Shown: piece after piece, positions 1 through 11,724 of the stretch | Layout: each line of letters opens with the position of its first letter | How positions within the stretch are numbered: position 1 is the first letter of the stretch | Origin: Blepharisma stoltei ATCC 30299 | Lineage: Eukaryota > Protista > Ciliophora | NCBI GenBank assembly: GCA_965603825.1 | Contig: CBFDEM010000062.1 | Span: 434,001-498,000 of the forward strand | Reading direction: 5' to 3' | Length of the DNA: 64,000 bases | The notes under the pieces: model-generated | Told to the model about the DNA's origin: nothing | The model's database searches: none | What the model saw: only the letters and a program-made list of their open reading frames with translations | Made by a program: the position numbers and the translations under genes

Positions 1-79
1 CACAATATTTAAATTACTTTCATGAATTAATGGCTATTTTTATGTCTGATCAGATATGTATCTTCTATTTAATTTTAAA

Positions 80-865
80 ATGGGTTCGCAGACAAGCAGG
101 CATCTTGAAAGCAGTCAAACCAATTCATTTATCCACGGATTTGAAGAAGAAAGAACTGAAGACAGGCTCAATTTAGAAGATACAAGCAGAGAAAGCTCTC
201 TAGCATCATCTCTGACAGAAAACGATAATTTTATTAGAGACCCTAATATCGTCACTTATACGTTTAAATGGAATAATGGAGGAAAAGAAGTCTCAATTGT
301 AGGGGCATTTAATGACTGAAAAGAAATAATTCAAATGGAAAGAAGAGGCAACGAGTTTGCTTTGGACGTTTTGCTTAAAAGAGATACTGTTTATGATTAT
401 AAATTTTTAGTTGATGGAGAATGGAGATTTGCAAATGAGCAGCCGATTAAAAGAGATCCTATGGGAAACGTAAATAACTGAATTGATACGAATGCACTTA
501 ATGAGGAAGAAGATGGGACTTTGACTGCAAAAAATCCAGAGAAATACTCTCAGGATTTTTATGCAGATTTAACCACTATGGATCCTGACCCTTTACCATT
601 GCATCTTTGCTATGTTCTTGCAAATCATTCAGGATCTTTCGATTATAGGCAAAAAGATACAGTTCCAAGTAACTCTCCAATACATTTGACTAATGCAGAG
701 CTGGCTGGAGAAAATAATTTGCCGGTTAATGAACTGCCAATTCCGTCTCATGTAATATTGAATCATGTAGGAATCAGGGCAAATGAAAGAGTCATTGGCC
801 TGACAACAACCCAAAGGTATAGGGAGAAGTATGTGACTACTATTTACTATAAACCAATCAAATAG
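80..865 (+). CDS. PRKAB: AMP-activated protein kinase beta subunit (CBM48 glycogen-binding domain + C-terminal ASC domain), 261 aa
   Basis: MGSQ N-myristoylation-type start. CBM48 reads 'FKWNNGGKEVSIVGAFND(UGA=W)...YKFLVDGEWR...GNVNN(UGA=W)I'. C-terminus reads 'PSHVILNH...TTQRYREKYVTTIYYKP'. The two ORF fragments are in one frame, joined through UGA 317-319 and 479-481. Confidence 0.93.
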
Positions 866-1059
866 ATTATCTTTTTAGCTTCCTAGTAATGAAGTTTAAT
901 TCCTAGAATTCATGATATTTATTATTTAACTATTAGAGACCTTACTTATTTTTCAATATAACAATTCAGAGCATTTTTAGAAGTAGTTTTATATTTAAAT
1001 AAAAACCTATGCTGAAATAGAAAATCAAAATATTTTGGCGGTATTAATAGAAATTTCAT

Positions 1060-1476
1060 TTACTCCTTATTAGACTTAATTTCTGCTTTTCTTTTAACAT
1101 TTTCTCTAGAATTTGAATTGGAGCTTTTCCTTTTCAAAGATCTTGGCGGATATACCAGCTTTCCGTCATCACCATAGTAAACACCAAATTCATTATACTC
1201 TTTCGTCTGTCGGCGGTATCGTTGCTCGTCTTTATTTGCTTTTTCAATATAAATCTTCTTATTATAAGAAGATAGATGAGCCCATTTTTCAGTCGCCTCT
1301 TTAATAAAATCATCATAGTTAACTTGACGGTTGCTTTCTTGATTTTTCAGCTTCATCTCCATCAAGAAGAAAGTTAAAGCGCTTTTACCTTTCCTTGGAG
1401 GTAAAACTTTGAAGACTTCACAGGGGAGCTCTTCTGCTTGTTTTCTTGGCCTACCTCTTGGTCTTTTTTGTTCCAT
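1060..1476 (-). CDS. HMG-box protein with N-terminal AT-hook, 138 aa
   Basis: AT-hook KRPRGRPRK; HMG box 'PPRKGKSALTFF...EKWAHLSSYNKKIYIEKANKDEQRY'. Confidence 0.85.
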   Translation of the reverse strand: MEQKRPRGRPRKQAEELPCEVFKVLPPRKGKSALTFFLMEMKLKNQESNRQVNYDDFIKEATEKWAHLSSYNKKIYIEKANKDEQRYRRQTKEYNEFGVYYGDDGKLVYPPRSLKRKSSNSNSRENVKRKAEIKSNKE

Positions 1477-1528
1477 TTCAAGAATTATTTTAATTAGATT
1501 TTTGAGTTTGAAGAGATAATTTTTAAAT

Positions 1529-2875
1529 ATGAAGCCAAGAGCTAGAAGAAGCTCTTCTAAAAATCAACACTTAAAAGTAGACATCCCTTATGAAGTTAAA
1601 TTTATGGATATTCCCACACTTCAGGTTGAAATTCAAGAGTGGAAGCAGAAATTAAAGAAGGCCAAGGAGATTAATAATGCTAACCACGCTGAAAAAATGA
1701 AGATAAAAGATGAGCTAAAAGAGATGAAAGAAAACATTTTAGCACTTGACAATTCTTCTAGAAAAATAAAAGAAGAGTTTGAACAAGTGCAAGAAAGGAA
1801 TAAAATAGAACTGCAGACTTATTATAACCAAATTACATTCTTAGAAAAGAGGAAAACGCTTGATGAAATCAATAAAAATAATGAATATTTTTTGCTTGAC
1901 TGCAATAAAGAGGAGAAACTAAAGAATGGAATTGAAGATATCATGCGAGAAACCCGTAATACTACTGAGATTGTTCAAGAGTCTAATGATATAAATATAG
2001 ATTTACTTGAAAAAAACTCTACTACTTCTATTGCTAACTTAAGAATTGAATTAGAAAAAATTATTGCTGACTTAAAGAAATCTTATAAAACTAAATATAG
2101 CAAGCTAAAAGAAAATCTAGAAGGAAAATTAAAAGTTGCTATTTACGAAACTGAGCAAAAATATAATGAAATTAAAAGGCATCATGGAATAAAGCATAAA
2201 AATGCTTCAGAAGCTATGAGAAACTATTTCGATAAAATTAAGCTTGAAAATGCTAAGACAATAGAAAATCAAAAACAAGAAATTTTAGAAATAAAGAAAA
2301 ATATCGATGGAAACGCAGCTGAAATAGAAAAAGTCCAGAAAAGTAATAATGAGCTTGAAAAACCATTAAAAGAAATCAAGCATGAATTATTCTTGCTTGA
2401 AACAAGACTTGCTGATTGAGCAAAAACTAAAGAAGATCTAAGGGAAGCTAATGCAAAAATTGATTTATTACAAAAGGATTTAAAAACGAAAAAAGAGAAA
2501 TGGAATGCTCTCAGAGAAAAATATAACGAAATACTTGCAGAAAGAAATGAGCTTTATAAATGCTATGAGCTCTCAATATCAAAATTAAACACTATAATGG
2601 GAAATAAGGAAACTATTAGTTTAAATTCTGATGAATATGAAAATCAAGTTCTAAGAAAAGAAGAGCAGCTAAGCAATGTTCTTGAAGGAGTTGTTTTGAA
2701 TAAAACTTCAACAGAAACCATCAACAAAGAAATAAAAAAACAGATGAAGCACAAAGATGAGCTTTTGAAAAATTTAAAAGAATCACTTGCACAATCTGTA
2801 GACGCGTATTTTAAGACAGAAAATTTATTTAAAACCAAATTAAAAGAAAAATCTAATCAACCTGAAGACTTTTAA
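1529..2875 (+). CDS. GAS8/DRC4-like (dynein regulatory complex) coiled-coil protein, 448 aa
   Basis: 'KHKNASEAMRNYFDKIKLENAKTIENQKQEI' resembles the GAS-domain 'HEKAFxxIKNYYNDIT' motif. One frame through UGA 2417-2419 to TAA 2875. Confidence 0.7.
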
Positions 2876-2964
2876 TCACAAATTTTAGTGCTTCATTTTA
2901 ATTTTTAATTTTATATACAGGCTTAACCCAATATGAATTTTATGTTTAAAATTACTAAAGATAA

Positions 2965-4836
2965 ATGGAAGCAGACTTACTAGAATTAGAACACGTATTT
3001 GGATACAGTGGCAGGTACCAGCAAACAGCTCTATTTCATTCAACAGACCCCTCTTTCATTCTCTACACTATTGGTGCCCTGATTGTTATTGAAAATATTA
3101 ATGACAAGCATTCTCAGTTCTTTCTCAGAGGCCATGATAATGATATTTCTGCACTTGCCATATCAAGAAATGGCTTATTGATAGCCTCTGGCCAAATTGG
3201 CTCTCAGCTTCAAAAGAACCACGAAGCTCCAGTAATTCTATGGAATTACCGTAACCGCGCTCCAGTTACTCAATTTGGTGGCATGACAGGAAAGGTAACG
3301 AAGGTAGAATTCACAGCAGACAGTATGTTCTTAGCAGCATCTACAGAAGATGGAAGACTTCAAGTATGGGACTGCAGAGATGGCTCTGTTGTATTTAATA
3401 GAAGATCTGAATTCCCAGTCTCAACTTTTGCCTGGGGACCAGTTAGCGACTCTGGACAAGGACTTCCAGGAGCAAGTCGTCACCCATCTTATAAGCTCGT
3501 CATGAGCTTCTCAGGCCAACTTGTGGTAAACCGCTTTGACTATGACATTGCTTCCATGTCGTATAGGATTTCTCCATCAAATTGTCAGCAGCCCAGCAGT
3601 GGCATGAACAGAAACTTTTCATGCTCAATAATCGACTCTTCTGGAGACTATTTATTTGCAGGCACTCCAAGTGGTGAACTAGTGGTTTATAATATAACGA
3701 ACCAAGTCTTCAGAGGGAGTGTTCCAATCTCAAGCAATGGCTTATTGGCACTTCTGGAAATCAACGGAGTCATCTATGCTGGCTCTGGAGATGGAAAGGT
3801 AAAACAGCTTACCGGAAGGGATGGAAAATGGGCAGTTATTGCTGAAATACAAGTCCCTGGACGAGTTATGTCCTTATCATCACAGAGTGATCGGTCTGAA
3901 ATACTGTGTGCGACTTCATTAGGCTGCATTTTCAGGATGTCGCCCCAGAACTTGAGCAATGTTTTACACTCAGAAAGCCCTGTAGGGTCTGTAAAAGATG
4001 TTTCTTTTGGAAACCGAAGTGACATGTTTTTAGTTGTGGATGCCGCAGGTTTTGCAAGAATTTGGGATAGCAGCGACTATTCAGTTGTGTTTAGGTCTGG
4101 ACCTAATTCGCGAGCAGAAGGCACAAGCTGTGCGGTTGGTGATGATGGAAGTGTTATCACTGGCTGGAAGGATGGGTTTATTCGATGCTATGACCCTTCA
4201 AATTCTCAATTAAGGTGGGAAATCCAAAATGCCCATAGAGGTGCAGTAACCTCTGTATTTATGAATCAAAATTATATCTTATCTGGAGGAGAAGACGGAA
4301 CTCTTAGACTTTGGGGTAGGCAAAACCACCAGCTTCTGACTCAGTTCACTGATAATAGACGTGCCATTACTAGAGTGATGCCTGATGTAATTCAGCCACA
4401 TTTAGTTCATTCTTGTGGCATTGACAGAATTATAAATACTTATGACCTTAAACTTGAAAGAAGGGTCGTGAGGCATGAAATTGGCAATGGAGCTATCTTT
4501 GATATGTCACAAAGAAAAGATAACGAAAATGAGCTTATAACCTGTGGAATTGGAGGAGCTATTCTATTCTGGGACTGTGACGAAGTAAACCCTGTACAGC
4601 AAATCGTATATCGCGGACAGCTAAATGCTCTTGATGTATCTCCATCAGGGAGATATTTAGCAGCAGGGTCTGAAGAAGGAGAACTATTTATTTTTGAGAT
4701 TAGAACACTGCAATGCGTAGCTCAAGGAATTGGCCACTCTTCAAGAATTAACAGACTAAAATGGAGCCCAGATGAAAAGCAGGTGGTTACTGTAAGTGAT
4801 GACTGCTCGATCGCGTTGTGGAACTTTTATGCTTAG
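2965..4836 (+). CDS. CFAP52: CFAP52/WDR16-like WD40 microtubule inner protein, 623 aa
   Basis: 'LELEHVFGYSG...QFFLRGHDNDISALAIS...IASGQ' start and 'GIGHSSRINRLKWSPDEKQVVTVSDDCSIALW' end match the CFAP52 architecture. Confidence 0.8.
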   Translation: MEADLLELEHVFGYSGRYQQTALFHSTDPSFILYTIGALIVIENINDKHSQFFLRGHDNDISALAISRNGLLIASGQIGSQLQKNHEAPVILWNYRNRAPVTQFGGMTGKVTKVEFTADSMFLAASTEDGRLQVWDCRDGSVVFNRRSEFPVSTFAWGPVSDSGQGLPGASRHPSYKLVMSFSGQLVVNRFDYDIASMSYRISPSNCQQPSSGMNRNFSCSIIDSSGDYLFAGTPSGELVVYNITNQVFRGSVPISSNGLLALLEINGVIYAGSGDGKVKQLTGRDGKWAVIAEIQVPGRVMSLSSQSDRSEILCATSLGCIFRMSPQNLSNVLHSESPVGSVKDVSFGNRSDMFLVVDAAGFARIWDSSDYSVVFRSGPNSRAEGTSCAVGDDGSVITGWKDGFIRCYDPSNSQLRWEIQNAHRGAVTSVFMNQNYILSGGEDGTLRLWGRQNHQLLTQFTDNRRAITRVMPDVIQPHLVHSCGIDRIINTYDLKLERRVVRHEIGNGAIFDMSQRKDNENELITCGIGGAILFWDCDEVNPVQQIVYRGQLNALDVSPSGRYLAAGSEEGELFIFEIRTLQCVAQGIGHSSRINRLKWSPDEKQVVTVSDDCSIALWNFYA

Positions 4837-5038
4837 AGGTAATAATTATCGTTAAGTTAATATTTGAAATTAAAAAGGCTTTTGTAATTGTTGAGAACCC
4901 ACCTGGGTAAAAAATCTACAGCATTTAAATAATACTTAACTAATTAATCATTAAATGGCTTTAAAACAGTAAAAATTTCAAGAAAATGAATATTTGCTTA
5001 CAAACAATAACTAAAATATTTCAAAACCAAAATTATTT

Positions 5039-6733
5039 ATGGCAGAAAAAGTAAACTCAGAATACAAACCCTTCACGCATCCAAAATCAGCACCAGTTCG
5101 TCCAGCCCCAGAGTCATCAACCGCTACCTCTAGTTTTGGAGGTCACATATTTTCAATGCACAGTACTGAAGAGTCACGCAGACAAAAACAATTACAACAA
5201 AAAACTTACTTTCAAGAACTGACAAGGCAAATTCAAGAAAAAAAAGAAGACAAACCTATCGAGGCCTTTATTTCTAGCAAAGCTTCAACTCAAATAGAGC
5301 CATCACCCAGCACTTCTACTGATTTTGGCAGCGACTTAAAAAAACTTCCTTATCCTTGGGTTGATAGCAATAAGCCACTTCCCAGATACCAAAAAAAACA
5401 CGAAATTGAAAATCACCTAGGGCTAAGCGTAAATGGGAGCCACTTTTTAGGTGGTCCACTACAAAGAGATGAAGCTCTTCTTCTCAAATTAAAAAAAGAA
5501 GAACAGCAAAAACAAATGCAGATGATTTTAAATGCCCAAATTGAAGAAAAAAACAGAAAAGCTCAAAAAGAAAAAGAAGCAAGACTGAGCTATGAAATAC
5601 AGGACGAGGAAAGAATATTTAAAGATAGAGAAATTTTGAAGAGAGAGGAACAGCAAGAAAAATCTCCTGAACCAAAATTTTTGAATACTTTGACTACTGA
5701 AGCACCTCCAAAGTCAATGATTGTGTTTTCGACTGCAAAAGAGGTTGAAGAGCCACAGCAACAGACATTCATCTCTCCCCCAATTTCTCCGAAAAAAGAG
5801 GTTCCTAACGAGTCATTGGACTATTTAAGCCAATTGTGTAAGCAGCTTATGGAAGAGCAAGAACAGCTAAGAGGTAAATTAAAAAGCCAAGAAGATATCA
5901 TTGAAGATTTAAAACAAAGCAGAGACGAGCCTAAGAGAGCACCAAATAATAATAATAATTCAGCTCTGAGGAGAAAACCTCCAGCAAAGGTTAATATTCC
6001 TCCAACCAAAGCAAGCCAGAATAAGCTTAAGCAGCAGCATGATCTTGAAAATGCAAAAATTGCAGCTATTCAAGAAAAGATTGAAAATGCTAGAAAGAAA
6101 AAAGCAGAGCAAAGAGAATCCCAGGTACTCGCTAAGCAAGCAGAGTTCAGAAAGCGCAGCGAAACCCAGCAAGCCAAGCCAAAAACAGTTGTAAATAATA
6201 GAAGAATAAGTGAAGTCCCTGAAGTCAGACCTGACTCCAGAGAAATATATAAGCAAAACAATCAGATTTATAGATTGCAAAGTGCCTTCACACCTACTCT
6301 GCCTCCAGATTCTCCAGAGCTTCCGAACTCCTCACAAACGAACTTTCTTGTCCACGAATTATCCCCCAAAATGCCATTCGACCGACAAAATCTCGACTCT
6401 GCCGGGAAAAGCTATTTTATTTATCCTGACTCACAGGGCTCCTTTAATGTCGGTTTAGGACAAGATAACAAGCTTAAAGAATCCGGACACTTGAGCAGCT
6501 TTCTCCAAGAAGATGAGCTGAGAAACTCTCAAGCTGACGAACTTGACAAATTTGTCGAGGAGCACAATAAGAAAAGTCCTTACATTTCCCAATTCAATTC
6601 TGCTAGAAGCGTAGCAGACGAAAGAGAAAAAGCAAGATTTACCTGTACAACATTTGAAATTGCTAGAAAAGATGCGAAACCCCTTGTGGCCAATAAAGCA
6701 GGTTTTCCTAGCAATATTTTCAGAAGACCTTAG
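5039..6733 (+). CDS. Coiled-coil protein with CCDC66/CSPP1-like segment, 564 aa
   Basis: Long open frame; 'ILNAQIEEKNRKAQKEKEARLSYEIQDEERI' and 'YFQELTRQIQEKK' resemble the CCDC66-type 'L..Q.EEK' motif. Confidence 0.55.
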   Translation: MAEKVNSEYKPFTHPKSAPVRPAPESSTATSSFGGHIFSMHSTEESRRQKQLQQKTYFQELTRQIQEKKEDKPIEAFISSKASTQIEPSPSTSTDFGSDLKKLPYPWVDSNKPLPRYQKKHEIENHLGLSVNGSHFLGGPLQRDEALLLKLKKEEQQKQMQMILNAQIEEKNRKAQKEKEARLSYEIQDEERIFKDREILKREEQQEKSPEPKFLNTLTTEAPPKSMIVFSTAKEVEEPQQQTFISPPISPKKEVPNESLDYLSQLCKQLMEEQEQLRGKLKSQEDIIEDLKQSRDEPKRAPNNNNNSALRRKPPAKVNIPPTKASQNKLKQQHDLENAKIAAIQEKIENARKKKAEQRESQVLAKQAEFRKRSETQQAKPKTVVNNRRISEVPEVRPDSREIYKQNNQIYRLQSAFTPTLPPDSPELPNSSQTNFLVHELSPKMPFDRQNLDSAGKSYFIYPDSQGSFNVGLGQDNKLKESGHLSSFLQEDELRNSQADELDKFVEEHNKKSPYISQFNSARSVADEREKARFTCTTFEIARKDAKPLVANKAGFPSNIFRRP

Positions 6734-6801
6734 AGTCATAACATAAAAGAAATAATTTTATGATGTAATCATAATAATTCATATTAATTCGAGTGACAGT
6801 T

Positions 6802-8757
6802 ATGGTTGATGTTGAAGATGTAGTCAGGTGGATTGTCTATAAATGCAGAGAAGAAGGACATCCAGTTACCGAAGCTCTTGCAGCTTATGTGGCACATACT
6901 ACGATAAATCCAGATACCCAGCGATTTTTCTTGGAAACTGTATTATCCTCTGAAGCTGAAGCGAGGAAACTAGTTGACATTGCAGCTGGGAAACTGAAAC
7001 TGGAAGGACAGGCTTCCATGGAAACTTTGAGAATGCAAATCGCTTATGACTCAGCTTATGTCCAGCAAGAAACCTTTCAGCAGCATTTTCAAGGGGTGCA
7101 GAATCAAGAAACAAATGGGTATATTGATGAAATTGTGAATTGCGAAACTCGCAGTGGAAACGATTTTGAAGGAATCACACTTTTATACAAAAAGATTTTC
7201 AGCTTTTTACTTTTTAGAAATAAGCTTATGGGTCTGAATTACGCCCAAGCAATTATCAGACCAGGCGGGGGTGCAGGCAGTTTGAATGCCATCACAAATA
7301 TTGTACTGAATCCAAACATCTCTAATAATATTTTGAGCACCATTGAAAGAGAAGTGGCTGCAGCTCTAGAGAGTGTGCTCCCAAGGCCCGGGCTCAGACC
7401 TTTTGTGGCTATGTCTACACCTGAAAAAGTCAGCCAGCTAATGGAATTATCAAACATCGTCATTGGCATCCGGCTTTATAATAAAGAAACCGGAAAAGGA
7501 GGTGCGGGTCTTGAATCTTTTGAGCAGCTTGTATCACACCCTGCGAGAGATCTTATAAACGTTCTAAACAAAGAAGTCATTTTGACTGTTGAGCTCTGCG
7601 AAGACTATACAAATATACTAAAAGATAACCATGGACCTGAGTGGGAAGCATGACGAGATGAACTCACACACAGGAGACAACATTTAAGCTATCTGCTAGC
7701 ACTTCAAGAAGATGTCCAAAATTCTGAAGCAATTATTGAAGGACTGCACAGTAGATATATCCGTGAATTGGTCGAGCTAAAAGAGCTAATAGGCAATAAG
7801 ACATCAATACCTAAAGATCAGGTATATCCTAAGTTTGATACTCTGTGCCAGGTATACACACAGATGAACGAAGAAAAAAATCATTGCATCCTCAGAAAAG
7901 AGCTCTATAGGATTTTAAACGAGCATAAAGCTAAAGTACCTTTAACTATGACTCAAGAAGTTTTGCTAGGGGCTAAGCAGAGAAATGTGCAAACTCCAGA
8001 CAGGCTTGAGAATGAAGGATCAAGAATCCATCAGGGTGTTAATAGGCTGACAAATGAAAATACTCCTGAATTTATGCATTTGCCACTCGATTATCAAGGA
8101 TTTTGCATTTGAAGCTTGGTTAGAAGAAATGGACTTTTGGTGCCTGGAAAGCCAACATTAGGAGTAGTAAGATATAGAGACAGACACTTTGTCCTCTCTT
8201 CTCCTCAAGCTATGCTGGAATTTATGGAAAATCCAAACTTTTTCTTAGACGAGTGTTTGGCTATGGCAAGAATTCGGCCAGAGCTTATTCATCTGCTAAG
8301 GATGTCAGAAGAATTCCCCAACTGCTCACTTACCCACCTTTTACAAGGTAAAGACGGCACTCCTCTTTTTTCTGTCACAGCCCCACTTATGCTGGACCAA
8401 GGCTTAGAAACGCCTTTGCACTTTGTTGAGAGCCACATCGACCCGAATTATCACTGGAACGAATGGGTTCTTAGGAAAAAAGCCCTTCAAATGGCAGATA
8501 TAAGAAAACGACAAACGACTGGTGCTCAAACCGATCAAAGCAACTTCAAGAGAGATAACGAAACTCAGGTCTATTTGCCAAAGGAAGAGGAAACACAAAC
8601 GCTCATCACCAAATGGACTGATATGGATTGGATCTTAAACAGAATGGACTTAAAGCCTGGAGAAAAAGCAACTGATGAAACTCATGGCTTAGAAACACAA
8701 CTTAATTATATTGTTGGAGTAAGAGGTGATGACAAGTGGAAAAAAGTTAAAAAGTAA
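6802..8757 (+). CDS. CFAP206: Cilia- and flagella-associated protein 206, 651 aa
   Basis: 'EREVAAALESVLP', 'QLMELSNIVIGIRLYNKETGKGGAG', 'PKDQVYPKF', 'YQGFC', 'HFVESHIDPNYHWNEWVLRKKALQMA', 'QTDQSNFKRDNETQVYLPK'. Three ORF fragments joined through UGA 7651-7653 and 8110-8112. Confidence 0.93.
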
Positions 8758-8767
8758 AATTATTATT

Positions 8768-9265
8768 TTAAGTTGACATATCTTGATTAATAGATTTCAA
8801 AATTTCTCTAAAGAAAACAAAATCACCATTTGCAGCTTGTCGAAACCCTTCTTGAATTTCTTGCGAATTAACTTGCATCATCTTGAATTTTTCGATTTTC
8901 AGCAGCTTCATCATTTCTTCTTTTTGTGACCATTTTTTAATAAGCCAATCGGGTATAGGACATTCATCAAAAGTTAAGAGAAATTCTTCAAAAATTTCGA
9001 ATTTTTTAATATTTAAGCAGAGAAGCTGGTAGTATTTTTGATATTCTTCGTCGATAGAGCAAATGATGTCTTCTCTTAGCATAAATAATCTTTCCCTTGT
9101 AAGTGATTTATAGAGTTCTATTTTTTCTTTCATTACATCCATGATTGTAAAAAACATCATCTTTTCTGGGTTCTCGTCAATAATGGTTCAGCAAGATTCA
9201 CATACTGTGCTATTAGTTCTAATTTGAGACCCACAAAAGGAGCAATTCAGCACAGCTCTTTCCAT
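8768..9265 (-). CDS. Small protein with N-terminal CxxC-x10-CxxC zinc ribbon, 165 aa
   Basis: ATG at 9265 gives MERAVLNCSFCGSQIRTNSTVCESC(UGA=W)TIIDENPEK, in frame with ORF 8768..9160. Confidence 0.65.
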
Positions 9266-9725
9266 AATATATTTTATACTCTATATAATCGCGATATTTA
9301 TTATTTTAAAATAATCCTCTTTGATTAGTAATTTATATTTAAATGATTGTAAATACATAAAGAAAAACTTAAAGTTTTCCTCTAACTTCGCGCTTTAAGA
9401 AGGTCAAAGCATGGTTGCGAATGAAGCAACTAAATTTACTTCTAAATAGTTCTTTAAACAATAAATAAAGTAAATGTATCAAAAAATTAATTAAGTTTTG
9501 ACATTAATAAACTCCAAAACTATTGATATAAAATCTGACTTCCTAATGGTTAGGATATAGTAATAACAAAAATAATTCCCATAGCACAAATTTATTGACA
9601 TCGATGACTATAAATTAAAAAAATTCCAAGTTTTCATTCTTATTTTATACTAATATCTTAATGTGCTCATGATTTTAAATTTCACTTAATATTGATTCGG
9701 ACAATTGATCAGGAGAATTATTAAA

Positions 9726-10925
9726 ATGGCCAAGCGTATCGCAAAAGGAAAAACCTCTCGAGTGGTATGCAGAGGCCCTCCTGTGCTTGAAGCCGATTTC
9801 GGAATGAAGCTGCTAGAAAAAGAGCTAGAATTAGAAAAATCATGAAACATTGAAACCATTAATGAGCTTGTTCATATGTATACAGAAATGATCGAATACT
9901 ACGAGTACCACAAAGATCCTAAATATCTGGATTTCCAAGATAGAATGCACAAAATGCTGGTGAAGCCTCAAGTAATAGCCTCTATGAGAGAAGACAACAG
10001 AGCAAAAAATGCTTTGAAGCTAGATAAATCTTCTTCAAGCCAAAATACAGAAGGGAAAGCAAGAAGGCTAGAAGATTTTGAAGACTTGGAGTCTCCAAAA
10101 AGTGTTTCTACCGAAACAAGCACGGTCAATAGCGAGGCTGAGCTCAAGCAGGAAGAGCCAAAAGCACAAGATTTAGACGAACTTTCTGACGACCAGCTTC
10201 AAAGATCGCGATCAAGGCACCACACAGTTTCAGGTACACCCTCAAAAAGCCCTACTCAAAATTTAAATGACATCCAAAAGCGAAAACAAGACTCAGCTAA
10301 AATGAAAGAAGCCCTTTCTGCAGAACTATCCAAAACTTTAACCGATGTCTCCTACAAAGCAACCAAATTCTTTGACAGAGTTATTGGCCTCGTCCAAGCA
10401 TCTACGAAGGAAACAGCTGCAAAAGCAGTCTCAGACTTCAGATCCCAAGACTCCGATTTGAGTCGAAGACTCAGTTCTAGAAAACAGGTGACCATGAATA
10501 AATCAGTCATAAGCATCGAATTTATGCCTCCAGCTGAAAATGTTTCAGTTTCTGATATACATTTCAGCGATACCGAAGAAACTTTTGAGCAATGCTCATT
10601 TCTGTCAACTGCTTTGAATAAATCACACATAAATGAGCAACAAGAAAATTCAAGGATAAATGACTTTAGAATGGTAGAGTACCTGGAAAATAAGCTCGAG
10701 GAACTGATGGAAAAGAATTTTTCAGAAAAAGTGGCAAAGATGAGTGAAGTAAGGCTGAGGTATGAATCTCAAATGAAGGAGCTGGAAGGGCAAGGAGGTC
10801 TTGCCCAGATGATAGTAGGGCAAATGAAAGTTGATATGGAAAATGAAATCAAAGCTATTGCTGAAGAGTTTGATAACAAGAGAAAACAAGATGTGAGAGC
10901 CTTAAAACAGTCTTTTGTTGAATAA
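9726..10925 (+). CDS. Uncharacterised coiled-coil protein, 399 aa
   Basis: AAAATG start at 9726, in frame through UGA 9843-9845 into ORF 9876..10925. Confidence 0.75.
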
Positions 10926-11079
10926 ATATATAATTAATGTAAGAAGCATCAGGTAAAAATAATTTTTAGAGATTATATATATAAAAAGCACCTCTGAACT
11001 AAGAAATCTTTAAATCGCAAAATTGTTGCGTATTTGCATTACATTACTATATGGAGACTTCTAATATTTAATTTCAGTT

Positions 11080-11625
11080 ATGGCAACTAAAGGAAATCTT
11101 CAAAGACGGCAAGCACAGGCTCAGGCCCATAAAGCTCAAGCCCAAAAGCAAGGATATAAGCTTCCTGACTTTTTGGTAACTTTTATTTAGCTTGATGACT
11201 TGCGAGCAGCTGTTGCTTTATATGAAACTGAAGACCAACCTGGGGTCATTCAAATGAACCATGTAAGAGGAATTCTCTGAAACTTCGGCTTTTGGCGTAT
11301 GACAAGCAAGGACTTCGAAAAAGAACTCCAGAGTCATGATATTGACCCTAGAAGGACTTACTTAGAATGAAATGAACTTCTTAATATTGTTACTCGTAGA
11401 TACCACCAAGGGGGTAGAGAACAAGAAATCAAAGACACTTTTAAAATTTTTGACAAAAGAGAAAGAGGATATGCAAATGTAGCTGATATTAGAGCAGCTT
11501 TGCAGAGCAAGCTTGAAGTGCCTGTCACTGAAAGTGAAGTTAATGAAATGTTTGAAATGGCAGGAATTGACCCAAACAATCCAATTACGATGAATGATTT
11601 TATGAATGTAATGAAAAGCTTTTAA
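11080..11625 (+). CDS. Divergent calmodulin/centrin-like EF-hand protein, 176 aa (one intron); missed by the ORF track
   Basis: After removing intron 11176-11190 and reading two UGA as W: '...EQEIKDTFKIFDKRERGYANVADIRAALQSKLEVPVTESEVNEMFEMAGIDPNNPITMNDFMNVMKSF*'. Confidence 0.85.
11176..11190 (+). other. 15-nt spliceosomal intron GTAACTTTTATTTAG (phase 0)
   Basis: GT-AG ends, A at position 10. Its TAG is an in-frame stop, and removal restores the EF-hand frame. Confidence 0.9.
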
Positions 11626-11724
11626 GATAAAATTATAACAATAATATTATTTTTTATATGAATTTTAATATAAGAATTTATTGATTAATTTAATTTATTT
11701 ATCATAATTATGGAGAAAATTCAA

